Source of the DNA: Litorivicinaceae bacterium
GTDB lineage: Bacteria > Pseudomonadota > Gammaproteobacteria > Pseudomonadales > Litorivicinaceae
Length of the DNA stretch: 64,000 nt
Assembly (NCBI GenBank): GCA_965655875.1
Contig: CBFHIN010000001.1
Location: forward strand, 11,114-75,113
Direction: 5' to 3'
Shown piece after piece: positions 11,994 through 22,848 of this stretch. Made by a program: the position numbers and the translations under genes. A model generated the notes under the pieces. It was given only the letters and a program-made list of their open reading frames with translations. It ran no database searches and was not told the DNA's origin. Position 1 is the stretch's first letter, and each line of letters starts with the position of its first letter.

Positions 11994-12851
11994 TCAGAAT
12001 TTTACTAAATACGATAGCGCGCTGAGATCGTGGTGATTGAGGCTATGGTTGGCTGCCGTGCGAACTTTCGGTTTGGCGTGGTGCGCCACTCCGATTCCTG
12101 CAGCCACGAGCATGGGAATATCGTTAGCTCCATCGCCAACAGCCATCGTTTCTGACATAGAGATGCCTTGGGTTTGTACTTCCGATTCGAGTGTTCGCAA
12201 CTTCATCGATCCGTCAACAACTGGAGGGATAACACGGCCTGTCAAGACGCCATCCTCACACTGCAATGTGTTCGACAGCACGAAGTCCATCCCAAGCCGC
12301 TCACCAATTTTTTCGGCAAAATAAGAAAACCCGCCAGAAACGATTCCGGTTCGCACACCAGATCCGGACAGGTTTGCGGCCAGTACATCTGCACCTGGCA
12401 TCAGCGTTAAGCCTGTGTAAACAGTATCCAATTCTGATTCACTGAGTCCTTTCAACAATCCCAGTCGCTCAGTAAAACTCTCGATAAAATCGAGCTCACC
12501 ACGCATCGCGCGTTCAGTAATCGCGGAGACTTGCTCACCTAAACCGAAGGCAGCTGCCAACTGATCAATAACCTCTTGCTCGATCAGTGTTGAATCCATA
12601 TCAAACAGCGCGAGTCGCGGCCGTTCTTCACGAACCAGTAAATAATCTGTATTTGCCGCCTCAGCACATGCCGATAAAACACCTTCATCAACCGTATCAA
12701 CTCGTAGCTCAACACACTCGCACGATGCCGGAACCAGAAGGTCACCTGGACGACGCTCAAGGCGTTTCTCGTCCTTAAGATCCATCCCCCGTAGAGCGGT
12801 TTCGAGTGCTTCGATATGACTGGCTTCACTCACAAACCAAAGAAGCCTCAT
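11994..12851 (-). CDS. serB: Phosphoserine phosphatase
   Basis: HAD motifs [38 protein letters not shown] overlap with the parC stop. Confidence 0.9.
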   Translation of the reverse strand: MRLLWFVSEASHIEALETALRGMDLKDEKRLERRPGDLLVPASCECVELRVDTVDEGVLSACAEAANTDYLLVREERPRLALFDMDSTLIEQEVIDQLAAAFGLGEQVSAITERAMRGELDFIESFTERLGLLKGLSESELDTVYTGLTLMPGADVLAANLSGSGVRTGIVSGGFSYFAEKIGERLGMDFVLSNTLQCEDGVLTGRVIPPVVDGSMKLRTLESEVQTQGISMSETMAVGDGANDIPMLVAAGIGVAHHAKPKVRTAANHSLNHHDLSALSYLVKF

Positions 12852-15085
12852 GATTCAGCCTCAAGACGATCCACGCGCTGAAAGCCGCGAGGTAATAGCT
12901 TTCCTCGTCGCGCACGCTCTGCGACAAAATTATCCAGATCAGCTGGAGACAGTGTGACATGTCGTTTTCCGGCAACCACGCGTAGTGATCTCAACGGGGG
13001 AAGGACTGTGATCGCAGTCACACGATGACCTTCTTTCAAAAGTGCAGGAGGAATCTGGATCAGTTTATTTCCTTTGCCCTTCGCGAGCTCTGGTAATTCC
13101 TGCGAGTCAAATACAAGCAAATGACCGGTAGAAACAGCGACGGCGATCCGCGACAGCTCAATATCAGCAATCGCAACAGGAGGAAGTAAGGTCGCGTCGC
13201 CAAGATTTACCGCAGATTTACCCGCTTTATTCCGACCAATCAGATCACCGTGTTTACAGATAAACCCGTACCCATGATCCGTAGCTAAGACCCATTTCGA
13301 AGCCTCATCAGCGAGTGCAAGCTGCGTGATCTTTGCACCGGCGGCAAGATCGATTCGGCCTGACAAGGGCTCACCCTGACTTCGCGCCGATGGGAGCGTG
13401 TGGGTTTGCACAGAATATGCGCGGCCGGTTGTATCGAACGCGATCAGCGGTTGATTGGAACGGCCCTGGGCAGATGTTAGATACTGATCGCCCGCCTTAT
13501 AGTTCAATGCCACAGGGTCAATATCATGCCCTTTTGCGGACCGAATCCAACCATTGTCACTGAGCACGACAGTTACGGGCTCAGACGCAACAAGCTGATC
13601 TTCACGAAGTGCGCGAGCCTCTTGGCGAGTGACAATTGGCGAGCGTCTATCGTCACCATAGGTTTCGACATCTTTAGTGAGCTCATCACGCATGAGCTTC
13701 GTCATTTTTGCGCGCGAACCAAGGATTCCTTCTAAGTATTTGCGCTCACTTTCAAGCTCTTTTTGTTCAGCTTGAATTTTGACTTCTTCGAGCTTGGCCA
13801 AATGTCTCAGTCGTAAATCGAGAATGGCATTCGCCTGGATTTCACTGAGTCCGAAACGATCCATTAACTGCTGTCTTGGTTCGTCTTCCTCTCGGATAAT
13901 TCGAATCACTTCATCGATATTGAGATAGGCCACTAAATAGCCTTCAAGAATATGAAGACGATCCATGACCTGGTCGAGACGATGAGTGAGACGTCGTGTC
14001 ACCGTCTGACGTCGCCAGTCGAGCCACTCGGTCAGAATTGAGCGAAGCGATTTAACTTGAGGTCGCCCATCGACGCCGATCATATTTAGATTCACTCGAT
14101 AGGTTTTCTCGAGATCTGTTGTCGCAAATAGATGTGTCATCACTTCTTCAGCGTCCACACGATTTGATCTCGGCGTGAGAACCAATCGAATTGGATTCTC
14201 ATGGTCGGACTCATCACGTAAATCCACAATCATTGGCAATTTCTTGGCCTGCATTTGCGCTGCAATTTGCTCAAGAATTCGCGCTGGTGAGGCTTGATGA
14301 GGCAATGCGTTGATTACAATATCGCCATCTTCAGACACATAAGTCGCCCGCATTCGGATTGATCCATTGCCGGTTTCATAAACCTTGGCCAAGTCTGCGG
14401 GAGACGAAATAATTTCCGCCGTGGTTGGATAGTCTGGACCCGGGATAAATCGCATCAAGTCGCCAACCGACGCATCAGGATCATCCAACAAATGAACGGC
14501 AGCATTGACCACTTCACGTAGGTTGTGCGGAGGAATATCGGTGGCCATACCGACTGCAATTCCGGTCGTTCCGTTGAGAAGAATTGATGGCACACGGGCC
14601 GGCAACAAATTCGGCTCTTTCAGCGTGCCATCAAAATTTGGCTGCCAATCAACGGTTCCCTGGCCAAGCTCGTCTAATAAAATTTTTGCAATTGGTGTGA
14701 GACGTGCTTCGGTGTACCGCATCGCTGCAAAGCTCTTCGGATCATCTGGGCTACCCCAGTTACCTTGGCCATCCACGAGCGGGTAGCGCGTAGAAAACGG
14801 TTGCGCCAATAGCACCATCGCTTCATAACACGCAGAATCACCGTGCGGATGAAACTTACCGAGTACGTCACCGACCGTACGTGCTGATTTTTTATGCTTA
14901 GACTGCGCAGACAGCCCGAGTTCGCTCATGGCATACACAATGCGCCGCTGAACAGGCTTAAGACCATCGCCAATGTGAGGAAGTGCGCGATCTAAGATGA
15001 CATACATCGAGTAATCGAGGTATGCCTTCTCAGTGTAGGTTTTTATGGGAAGCCGTTCGAAGGCTTCTGTGGATTCCAGCGTCAA
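12848..15085 (-). CDS. parC: DNA topoisomerase IV subunit A
   Basis: [33 protein letters not shown]...[10 protein letters not shown]. The tracked ORF (to 15247) overlaps the upstream gene. By alignment to my recollection of the ParC N-terminus I choose the in-frame TTG at 15085, preceded by AAGGG. Confidence 0.9.
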   Translation of the reverse strand: MTLESTEAFERLPIKTYTEKAYLDYSMYVILDRALPHIGDGLKPVQRRIVYAMSELGLSAQSKHKKSARTVGDVLGKFHPHGDSACYEAMVLLAQPFSTRYPLVDGQGNWGSPDDPKSFAAMRYTEARLTPIAKILLDELGQGTVDWQPNFDGTLKEPNLLPARVPSILLNGTTGIAVGMATDIPPHNLREVVNAAVHLLDDPDASVGDLMRFIPGPDYPTTAEIISSPADLAKVYETGNGSIRMRATYVSEDGDIVINALPHQASPARILEQIAAQMQAKKLPMIVDLRDESDHENPIRLVLTPRSNRVDAEEVMTHLFATTDLEKTYRVNLNMIGVDGRPQVKSLRSILTEWLDWRRQTVTRRLTHRLDQVMDRLHILEGYLVAYLNIDEVIRIIREEDEPRQQLMDRFGLSEIQANAILDLRLRHLAKLEEVKIQAEQKELESERKYLEGILGSRAKMTKLMRDELTKDVETYGDDRRSPIVTRQEARALREDQLVASEPVTVVLSDNGWIRSAKGHDIDPVALNYKAGDQYLTSAQGRSNQPLIAFDTTGRAYSVQTHTLPSARSQGEPLSGRIDLAAGAKITQLALADEASKWVLATDHGYGFICKHGDLIGRNKAGKSAVNLGDATLLPPVAIADIELSRIAVAVSTGHLLVFDSQELPELAKGKGNKLIQIPPALLKEGHRVTAITVLPPLRSLRVVAGKRHVTLSPADLDNFVAERARRGKLLPRGFQRVDRLEAES

Positions 15086-15120
15086 TGGAGGACCCTTTGA
15101 GTCAAACGAAAAACCAAACG

Positions 15121-15528
15121 CTACCGATGGATTCGCTCGTAGGCAAGACTCCCGAGAACCAAAGCGATTAAATAAGGCACAATGACAGCCGGTTCCATGA
15201 GTAGCGAGGCAAAGCCTGGACCCGGACACAAACCAGAAATACCCCAACCAATACCAAAGATTCCACTTCCAATAATCAGAGGCTTATCAATGACCCCCTG
15301 CGTTGGAACTTGGATATCGTCAAAAATCATCGGCTTCTCGCGCTTGGCTAGCATCCAATACCCGAGTGCGGCGATTGGAATGCCACCACCCATCACAAAC
15401 ATTAGGCTCGGGTCCCATGTCCCTGCAATATCCAAAAAATTTAAGATTTTTGATGGGTTAGTCATACCGGCGACATACAACCCACCACCGAATACCGCAC
15501 CCAGAATCAGTGCCACAATTTGTGTCAT
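15121..15528 (-). CDS. YeeE/YedE-family half-size sulfur-transport membrane protein (second of pair)
   Basis: [33 protein letters not shown]...[14 protein letters not shown] overlap with the upstream half. The tracked 15657 start is an antisense-overlapping extension. Confidence 0.8.
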   Translation of the reverse strand: MTQIVALILGAVFGGGLYVAGMTNPSKILNFLDIAGTWDPSLMFVMGGGIPIAALGYWMLAKREKPMIFDDIQVPTQGVIDKPLIIGSGIFGIGWGISGLCPGPGFASLLMEPAVIVPYLIALVLGSLAYERIHR

Positions 15529-15953
15529 GACAAACCTCCGAGAACATGGCGAATAACAAAAACCGTGACAACAGCTGTCGTCATAAAGGTACAGGTCGCG
15601 ACGATGGAACGCTTTGACAGCCTTGAAATCCCGCAAATACCATGGCCACTTGTGCATCCTGAACCGACGCGCGTTCCATACCCTACTAAAAAGCCACCAA
15701 TGATCATTGGAATCAGCCCCATCGGTTCAAATCCGTGCGGCGATGGTGCAATCATTGAGAGGATTAAAGGCGTGACAACTACGCCAATGAGAAAAAATGG
15801 CCGCCATGATCCTTCGCCAAAATTCAAATTCAGTGTTCCGGCGAGGATTCCTGTCATACCAACAACTCGCCCAAACAGCAGAAATGCACCCGCAGCTGAC
15901 AGCCCAATCAAAATTCCTCCCACCAGAGAGAGGATCGGAGTAAATTCAGTCAT
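15525..15953 (-). CDS. YeeE/YedE-family half-size sulfur-transport membrane protein (first of pair)
   Basis: MTEFTPILSLVGGILIGLSA...GYGTRVGSGCTSGHGICGISRLS. Start at ATG 15953 behind AGGAAGG. Confidence 0.8.
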   Translation of the reverse strand: MTEFTPILSLVGGILIGLSAAGAFLLFGRVVGMTGILAGTLNLNFGEGSWRPFFLIGVVVTPLILSMIAPSPHGFEPMGLIPMIIGGFLVGYGTRVGSGCTSGHGICGISRLSKRSIVATCTFMTTAVVTVFVIRHVLGGLS

Positions 15954-16054
15954 GTGGTTAATACCTTCCTTTATAAATTCGCTGGATACTATCGAATTGG
16001 ATGCCAATTTGGTATAAGCTTATAACTAAACGCTCTAAGCAAAAGGAGACTGCA

Positions 16055-16915
16055 ATGAAGCCTGATGTACGTGCATTCTTTGATCCAGCAACTTGGACGC
16101 TGACATACCTTATTAAAGACCCTGCATCCTCTGCATGCGCGATTGTCGACTCAGTCCTCGATTATGATGCAGCAAGTGGCCGCACAAAAACAGAGAGTGC
16201 GGATCAAGTCGTGGCTGCCGTCGAAGCAGAAGCGCTCACAGTTGAATGGATTCTCGAAACGCATGTGCATGCCGATCATTTATCGGCAGCTCCGTATCTG
16301 CACAATAAGCTTGGCGGTCAGATCGGAATTGGCGCGCACATTACAGACGTTCAAGAAATCTTTGCAAATCTATTCCATGTTGAGCCTGAGTTCCGCCGCG
16401 ACGGTTCACAGTTTGATTGCCTGTTTGCAGACAACGATACGTTCACGATCGGCAATCTCACCGCAACTGCACTACATACGCCAGGCCACACACCAGCGTG
16501 TATGACCTATCACATCGGTGATGCTCTGTTTGTTGGCGACACAATGTTTATGCCAGATTTCGGGACTGCCCGCTGCGACTTTCCTGGTGGCGACGCACGG
16601 ACCCTTTACCAAAGCATCCAACGTCTCTTGTCGATGCCTCCAGAAACTCGCATGTTCATGTGCCACGACTACATGCCAAACGGTCGTGAAATGAAATACG
16701 AGACAACCGTCGGTGAACAAAAAGCATCTAACCTGCACGTTCATGACGGCATTTCCGAAGACGAATTTACAGCGATGCGATCAGCCAAAGATAAAACACT
16801 GAACATGCCCGCCCTGATCCTGCCATCGGTGCAAGTCAACATGCGCGCAGGAGAACTACCGCCGGCCGAGGAGAATGGCGTACGCTATCTGAAAATTCCG
16901 CTCGATGCTGTCTAA
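16055..16915 (+). CDS. MBL-fold persulfide dioxygenase (Blh/ETHE1-like)
   Basis: ETHVHADHLSAAPYL, HTPGHTPACMTY, CHDY. AAGGAG RBS 6 nt before ATG 16055. Sits beside DUF442 and SQR genes. Confidence 0.8.
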   Translation: MKPDVRAFFDPATWTLTYLIKDPASSACAIVDSVLDYDAASGRTKTESADQVVAAVEAEALTVEWILETHVHADHLSAAPYLHNKLGGQIGIGAHITDVQEIFANLFHVEPEFRRDGSQFDCLFADNDTFTIGNLTATALHTPGHTPACMTYHIGDALFVGDTMFMPDFGTARCDFPGGDARTLYQSIQRLLSMPPETRMFMCHDYMPNGREMKYETTVGEQKASNLHVHDGISEDEFTAMRSAKDKTLNMPALILPSVQVNMRAGELPPAEENGVRYLKIPLDAV

Positions 16916-16924
16916 GGAGATACC

Positions 16925-17335
16925 ATGATTATTCGTGAATTGACCTCTCAACTCGCTGTCGCAGACCAACTCACTATCGAAGATTTAGCGGCTGTAAAAG
17001 AAGCGGGCTTTTTGTCTGTCATCTGCAATCGTCCCGATGAAGAGGGCGAGCCGCATGCCGAAGCCGATGCAATGGCACAAAAGGCAACTGAGCTTGGGCT
17101 TGAGTTTCGCTATTTGCCAGTGAATGGCGCCAATATTACCGAGTCAGATGTTGAGCAACAGGCCTCACTTTTGGCGGAAGTCCCAACACCTGTGCTGACG
17201 TACTGCCGGTCAGGAGCACGATGCGCAAAATTGTGGGCACTCACAGAGGCCGGAAAAACCGATGTGAATACGCTGGTCGAAACTGTCGATAAGGCAGGCC
17301 TTAGCGTGATCGATATCGCACATCGATTGTCATAA
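16925..17335 (+). CDS. DUF442 / TIGR01244-type sulfurtransferase-like protein (Blh phosphatase-like domain as a separate gene)
   Basis: 136 aa; LAVADQLTIEDLAAVKEAGFLSVICNRPDEE...LTYCRSGARC active-site loop. Confidence 0.75.
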   Translation: MIIRELTSQLAVADQLTIEDLAAVKEAGFLSVICNRPDEEGEPHAEADAMAQKATELGLEFRYLPVNGANITESDVEQQASLLAEVPTPVLTYCRSGARCAKLWALTEAGKTDVNTLVETVDKAGLSVIDIAHRLS

Positions 17336-17380
17336 CACGGATCGATTATTCAGAATAAAAACACACGGAGGTCATTTACA

Positions 17381-18613
17381 GTGCAAGTGGATATCGCAAT
17401 CGTAGGGGCTGGAGCTGGCGGACTCGCCGCAGCCGCATCGCTGTTAAAACAAAACCCCAAACTTTCCATCAGCGTCTTTGATCCGGCCGATGAGCATTTT
17501 TACCAACCAGGCTGGACGCTTGTGGGTAGCGGAATGATGCCGCAAGAAAAGACGGTGCGGCGGATGGATTCAGTGATCCCCAAAAAAGTGTCTTGGGTTC
17601 AAGAAGCCGTCACCGAATTTCACCCCGATAGTGACTTTATCACGCTCGCCAATGGCGATGATGTGACGTACAAAGCATTGATCGTAGCGCCCGGGCTCAA
17701 AGTGGATTACGACGCCATTCCTGGACTCCAAGATACGCTAGGGCAAAATGGTGTTTCCTGTAACTATCGATATGATTTAGCGCCCTACTCGTGGGAATGC
17801 ATCAAAAATCTGAAATCGGGGAAAGCAATCTTTACGCAACCACCGATGCCTATTAAGTGTGCAGGCGCTCCACAAAAAGCCCTGTACCTCGCCGCTGATT
17901 ATTGGCGAGAGCAAGGATGTCTCAATGCTATCGATATTCAATTTCGAAATGCGGGAGCCGTGCTATTTGGCGTCAGTGAATTCGTTCCTGTTTTAAATTC
18001 TTATGTGGAGCGATATGGGGCTAAGCTTAAATTCAACTCCAACTTGATCCACGTCGACGGTCCAAATCAACTGGCAACATTCCAAGTCACCGACGCTGAC
18101 GGCAATGTGTCCGAAGTGGAAGAAAGCTTCGATTATTTGCACGCGGTTCCACCGCAGACATCGCCGGATTTTATTAAAAATAGCCCACTCTCAAACGAAG
18201 CAGGTTGGCTTGATGTAAGCCAAGAAACACTGCAGCACACAAAATACCCCAACATCTTTGGGCTTGGCGATGTAATCAGTGCACCGAACGCGAAAACTGC
18301 GGCCGCGGTTCGCAAACAGGCGCCGGTGGTTGCACGGAACATCAAGCAATATCTTGATCATGACACGCCTGATCATCAATACGATGGATATGGAAGTTGC
18401 CCGCTCACAGTTGAGCGCGGAAAAGTGGTGATGGCAGAATTTGGATATGGAGGAAAACTCCTGCCCACAATTAAAGGACTAGATCCAACGGTACCTCGGT
18501 CAATCTGGTGGGCTGTAAAAGCCAAATACCTGATCCCAATGTACTTCGATCTCATGCTCAAAGGACGAGAGCTTCTCGCAAAACCGGAACGTGCTAAGAC
18601 TACCCATACTTAA
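17381..18613 (+). CDS. sqr: Sulfide:quinone oxidoreductase (type II-like)
   Basis: FAD fold IAIVGAGAGGLAAA. Redox cysteines in PIKCAGAPQKA and YGSCPLT. GTG start behind GGAGG. Confidence 0.85.
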   Translation: MQVDIAIVGAGAGGLAAAASLLKQNPKLSISVFDPADEHFYQPGWTLVGSGMMPQEKTVRRMDSVIPKKVSWVQEAVTEFHPDSDFITLANGDDVTYKALIVAPGLKVDYDAIPGLQDTLGQNGVSCNYRYDLAPYSWECIKNLKSGKAIFTQPPMPIKCAGAPQKALYLAADYWREQGCLNAIDIQFRNAGAVLFGVSEFVPVLNSYVERYGAKLKFNSNLIHVDGPNQLATFQVTDADGNVSEVEESFDYLHAVPPQTSPDFIKNSPLSNEAGWLDVSQETLQHTKYPNIFGLGDVISAPNAKTAAAVRKQAPVVARNIKQYLDHDTPDHQYDGYGSCPLTVERGKVVMAEFGYGGKLLPTIKGLDPTVPRSIWWAVKAKYLIPMYFDLMLKGRELLAKPERAKTTHT

Positions 18614-20330
18614 GTGGATTAAAACCTACGACCAATCAAAATTGAGTGACGACACGGTTGCGGCCGTGATCGTTACGATCATGCTGATCCCGCAATCGCT
18701 TGCTTATGCCATGCTCGCGGGATTGCCACCTGAAGTCGGTCTTTATGCGTCTATCCTGCCACTTTTCGCGTACGCGATCTTCGGCTCGAGCATGACATTA
18801 GCTGTCGGACCAGTTGCAGTTGTCTCCTTGATGACGGCAGCGGCCGTCAGTCAAGTTGCATCGGTTGGTACACCTGAGTATCTGGGTGCAGCCATTCTTC
18901 TCTCACTACTGTCTGGTGTGATGTTGACAGGGCTTGGGCTTGCTCGCGCAGGATTTCTCGCAAACTTGCTATCACATCCTGTTATTTCTGGATTTATCAG
19001 TGCATCGGCCATCTTGATTGCATTCAGTCAGCTCAAGCACATCTTTGGCATCCCTGTGCGCGGTCATGATATGCCATCGATCCTTCATGACTTGATCATT
19101 CATATTGACCAAACAAATGGTCCAACCTTGGTCATTGGCGGCTTATCGATTGCTTTCTTATTCTGGGTTCGTAGCGGGTTAAAACCATTGCTAATCAAGA
19201 TAGGTCTGCCTTCGGGAATCGCAGGAACCTTGACCAAGGCTGGGCCCGTGATGGCGGTTATTGTCTCAACAACTGCTGTGAGCCTATTCGCGCTCGACCA
19301 ATCCGGTGTGTCGATTGTTGGGATCATTCCAGAAGGTTTACCAACACCGTCACTTCCCGAACTCGATCTGACGCTCGCGAAAGAGCTGATTCCTGCTGCC
19401 TTTTTAATTTCAATTGTGGGATTCGTTGAGTCGGTCAGTGTGGGTCACACATTGGCTGCGCGCCGACGCGAACGCGTTCAACCCAATCAAGAGTTGATCG
19501 GCTTGGGGGCTGCAAATATCGCAAGCGGCCTCGGTGGCGGATTACCGGTTACTGGAGGATTCAGTCGGTCGGTTGTGAACTTCGATGCAGGGGCAAGAAC
19601 ACCACTGGCAGGCGTCATGACCGCACTCATGATTGCTATAACGGCCGTGTTCCTCACACCATTATTCGAATTTCTTCCAAAAGCCGTACTCGCCGCAACG
19701 GTGATCGTCGCTGTGTTATCACTAGTTGATCTCAAGACAATTCAACGTGTTTGGATCTTCTCAAAACCAGATTTTTGGGCAATGGCCACAACGATCGCAG
19801 TTGTTTTAGGTATCGGAGTTGAAGCAGGCATCATCGCAGGAATTCTTGTTTCGATTAGCTTTTTGCTGGCGAAGATTGCACGCCCTCAGCTTGCCGTAAT
19901 CGGCCAAATCCCAGGTACGCAGCACTTTCGAAATGAGATGCGTTATGACGTAGTAAGAAGCGAAAAAGTGCTGGCGGTACGTCTCGATGAAATGTTGTAT
20001 TTCTTAAACAGCCATACCTTTGAGGATGCAATCAGCGAGCTGATAACAACAAACAATCAGCTGACTGATCTGGTTCTATTGTGTACGGCGATCAATGAGA
20101 TCGATGCGTCAGGACTTGAAATTCTGGAGTCAATCAACGAGCGCCTCAATTCGCAAGGAATCACGTTCCATCTCTCTGAAGTGAAAGGGCCTGTGATGGA
20201 TCGCCTGAACCGTGTTGGCTTTAAAGCGCATCTATCAGGAAGCATTTTCTTGTCACACTACGATGCGATGTGCGCGCTTGACCCGGCATGCGAGAGTAAC
20301 GGAAAAGTGCAATCAGTCGGATCGCATTAA
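18591..20330 (+). CDS. SulP-family anion transporter with C-terminal STAS domain
   Basis: 579 aa; IMLIPQSLAYAMLAGLPPEVGLYAS. STAS region LLCTAINEIDASGLEILESI. GTG start overlaps the sqr end by 23 nt. Confidence 0.88.
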   Translation: MLRLPILKWIKTYDQSKLSDDTVAAVIVTIMLIPQSLAYAMLAGLPPEVGLYASILPLFAYAIFGSSMTLAVGPVAVVSLMTAAAVSQVASVGTPEYLGAAILLSLLSGVMLTGLGLARAGFLANLLSHPVISGFISASAILIAFSQLKHIFGIPVRGHDMPSILHDLIIHIDQTNGPTLVIGGLSIAFLFWVRSGLKPLLIKIGLPSGIAGTLTKAGPVMAVIVSTTAVSLFALDQSGVSIVGIIPEGLPTPSLPELDLTLAKELIPAAFLISIVGFVESVSVGHTLAARRRERVQPNQELIGLGAANIASGLGGGLPVTGGFSRSVVNFDAGARTPLAGVMTALMIAITAVFLTPLFEFLPKAVLAATVIVAVLSLVDLKTIQRVWIFSKPDFWAMATTIAVVLGIGVEAGIIAGILVSISFLLAKIARPQLAVIGQIPGTQHFRNEMRYDVVRSEKVLAVRLDEMLYFLNSHTFEDAISELITTNNQLTDLVLLCTAINEIDASGLEILESINERLNSQGITFHLSEVKGPVMDRLNRVGFKAHLSGSIFLSHYDAMCALDPACESNGKVQSVGSH

Positions 20331-21218
20331 ATCGCGAAATGGACGCTCATCAGCCAATGCTGATCGAGCATCCGCCTCCGACCACCCGCTTGCGATCAAC
20401 AAACCCATACGGAGATCCCATCCAAGATTGGATAGCAATTGATAAGCCCCGTGGTGATCGATTGCTTCAATTTGTCCCGCTAAAATCCTCGCCTGACGCT
20501 CTTTCAGCTTGGCGTTAGTTGCTTGGACACACAACATCTCGTTGCCAAGGACTCGACCAAGCTGTGTCATCAAGGAAGTAGAAAACACATTTAACAAGGC
20601 TTTTTGGGCCGTACCAGCAGCCAGGCGCGTCGACCCTGCCAAGACTTCCGAACCGGTTTCAGCAACCAACCCATGCGATGCAATCTCAACCAACCGCCCG
20701 TCCGGGTTTGAGGTCACACCAATCGTCAATGCGCCGCACTCCTTCGCTGAAGCCAATACTTGGCAAGTAAAAGGGGTATTTCCCGACGCAGCGATACCAA
20801 TCACAACATCCGATTCGTGAATCGATTCTGTCTCAACCTGTAATTGGGCATCAGTCACATCATCTTCTGCACCTTCAACCGATACAGACAATGCTTTTGC
20901 ACCACCTGCAATGAGATAGCCAAGGCGCGTCATAGGCCAGCCAAATGTTGGAACTAACTCAACACCATCTTGCACACCGATACGAATTGAACACCCTGCA
21001 CCGGTGTAAATAAGACGGCCTTGGCCACCACGTAATCGCGCAGAGGCAGCTGAGACTGCTTGCCCAATATCGGCGGTAATCGCTCGAACCGCTTGGATCG
21101 CGTTCGCCTGAGAGGCTAATAGACGGTCAAGCTGCTCAGTAATGGGCAGCCGGTCGAATTCGCGACCAGCGGGATCAACCATCTCCGTTGGTGAAAGCGC
21201 TACTTTTTCTTGGCCCAT
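20313..21218 (-). CDS. murQ: N-acetylmuramic acid 6-phosphate etherase
   Basis: SIS domain GRLIYTGAGCSIRIGVQDGVELVPTFGW...IGIAASGNTPF. Start overlaps the glnS stop by 19 nt. Confidence 0.88.
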   Translation of the reverse strand: MGQEKVALSPTEMVDPAGREFDRLPITEQLDRLLASQANAIQAVRAITADIGQAVSAASARLRGGQGRLIYTGAGCSIRIGVQDGVELVPTFGWPMTRLGYLIAGGAKALSVSVEGAEDDVTDAQLQVETESIHESDVVIGIAASGNTPFTCQVLASAKECGALTIGVTSNPDGRLVEIASHGLVAETGSEVLAGSTRLAAGTAQKALLNVFSTSLMTQLGRVLGNEMLCVQATNAKLKERQARILAGQIEAIDHHGAYQLLSNLGWDLRMGLLIASGWSEADARSALADERPFRDLMRSD

Positions 21219-22846
21219 GCGTCTTTCAACGTAACTGAACGGTTATAAACCATCTGACCGTGGTCGCTATCGAAATCCTGCTTAAAGAAGCCAACACGCT
21301 CAAACTGAAAATACGCATCGGACATCCTTGTGCCTAGAGAAGGCTCAACCAGTGCACGTCCAACAATCAGGGATGCTGGGTTTATCACTGCTGCCGGATC
21401 CTCATAGTTTCCGGGGTCTGGCACTGTGAATAAGCGATCATAAACACGAACATCAACTTCATTGGCAGACTCTGCATGAACCCAATGAATCGTTCCTTTC
21501 ACTTTACGGCCAGATTGATCCTGACCTGATCGTGTCTCAGGGTCATAACGGACATGAACTTCTTTCACCCAGCCATCTGCATCAACAACTACGTCTTCAA
21601 AATCAACGATAAATCCGTATTTCAAACGCACACTGCCACCTGGAACTAGGCGGAAGAATCCCTCGGGTGGTTCAAGCTCAAAATCTGAACGATCAATGTA
21701 AAGCTCGCGACCAAAAAGCATGCTTCGAGATCCGAGCTCTGGTCGCTTTGGATGCCATGGTACATCGAGTGTTAAGGGCTCCTGATCCCAGTTTGTAACC
21801 ACTACTTTCAGTGGATCCAAAACAGCCATCGCTTTATGAGCTCGACCTTCGAGGTCATCGCGAATCGAGCCTTCGAGAATTTGCAATTCGATGGTATTTG
21901 GTTTGCGGGTGACCCCGATACGCTCACAGAACAAACGAATCCCTTCAGGCGAGTATCCTCGGCGTCGCATGCCGGCGATGGTCGGCATCCGCGGGTCATC
22001 CCAACCAGACACGTGGCCTTCTTGAACCAAGGCATTCAGTTTACGCTTACTCGTTACCGTTCCCTCAAGCTCGAGACGACTGAACTCGGTCTGCTTTGGG
22101 CGACTTGGCGTGGGTAGTTTTTTCAAAAGCCACTCATACAGTGGACGATGATCCTCAAACTCAAGCGTGCACAACGAATGCGTAATGCCTTCAATTGCAT
22201 CACTCTGTCCATGCGCATAATCGTACGTTGGATAAATACACCAGCGACTTCCCGCACGTGGATGATCGATATGCCGAATTCGATACAACGCTGGATCACG
22301 CAGATTTAAATTCGGCGCCGACATTGAGATCTTCGCACGCAGGATGGCTGCGCCTTCGGGATATTCTCCGTCTCGCATCTTGAGGAATATGGCTTCATTT
22401 TCTTCTGGCGAGCGATCTCGATAAGGGCTATCAACCCCCGGCTCTGTCAACGTTCCTCGTGTCGCACGCATTGCCTCAGCGGACTGCTCATCCACATAGG
22501 CATCGCCTTGACGAATCAAGTGCAGCGCCCAATCGAACAATTGATCAAAATAGTCAGCGGTGTGACATAAATCGGACCACTGAAAGCCGAGCCATCGAAC
22601 ATCTTCCTCAATTGCGTCGATGTATTCTTGCGATTCTTTTTCAGGATTGGTGTCGTCAAACCGTAAATTACAGCGACCGCCAAATTCCTCCGCTAAACCG
22701 AAGTTCAAACAGATACTTTTGGCGTGCCCGACGTGTAAGTAACCGTTAGGCTCCGGTGGAAACCTTGTCACAACCTCTTTGATCTGACCCTGCTTGATCT
22801 GATCGGCGATTTTCGTACGAATGAAATTCGTTGGTTTTTCGCTCAC
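21200..22846 (-). CDS. glnS: Glutaminyl-tRNA synthetase
   Basis: RFPPEPNGYLHVGHAKS (HIGH) and VTSKRKL (KMSKS). Confidence 0.96.
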   Translation of the reverse strand: MSEKPTNFIRTKIADQIKQGQIKEVVTRFPPEPNGYLHVGHAKSICLNFGLAEEFGGRCNLRFDDTNPEKESQEYIDAIEEDVRWLGFQWSDLCHTADYFDQLFDWALHLIRQGDAYVDEQSAEAMRATRGTLTEPGVDSPYRDRSPEENEAIFLKMRDGEYPEGAAILRAKISMSAPNLNLRDPALYRIRHIDHPRAGSRWCIYPTYDYAHGQSDAIEGITHSLCTLEFEDHRPLYEWLLKKLPTPSRPKQTEFSRLELEGTVTSKRKLNALVQEGHVSGWDDPRMPTIAGMRRRGYSPEGIRLFCERIGVTRKPNTIELQILEGSIRDDLEGRAHKAMAVLDPLKVVVTNWDQEPLTLDVPWHPKRPELGSRSMLFGRELYIDRSDFELEPPEGFFRLVPGGSVRLKYGFIVDFEDVVVDADGWVKEVHVRYDPETRSGQDQSGRKVKGTIHWVHAESANEVDVRVYDRLFTVPDPGNYEDPAAVINPASLIVGRALVEPSLGTRMSDAYFQFERVGFFKQDFDSDHGQMVYNRSVTLKDAWAKKK

Positions 22847-22848
22847 AG

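Noticed and set aside
15086-15247. N-terminal 54-aa extension of parC in the tracked ORF. Similar extensions occur for queG (3821-3997), ilvA (44160-44303), tkt (52117-52203), ruvX, pyrR, orn, hfq and the YeeE-like genes.
   Set aside because: The longest-ORF starts overlap neighbouring genes and add unconserved residues. Internal starts with an RBS and/or ATGA coupling match the expected N-termini.
15976-15998. AATTCG-N11-CGAATT inverted repeat in the sulfur-cluster control region
   Set aside because: Arms of only 6 bp are chance-level, so it is not reported as a site.
15520-16017. 165-aa plus-strand ORF
   Set aside because: It is antisense to the YeeE/YedE-like gene, which has the conserved GCTSGHG loop. 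The plus-strand frame is Pro/Thr/Ile-rich with no recognisable domain.
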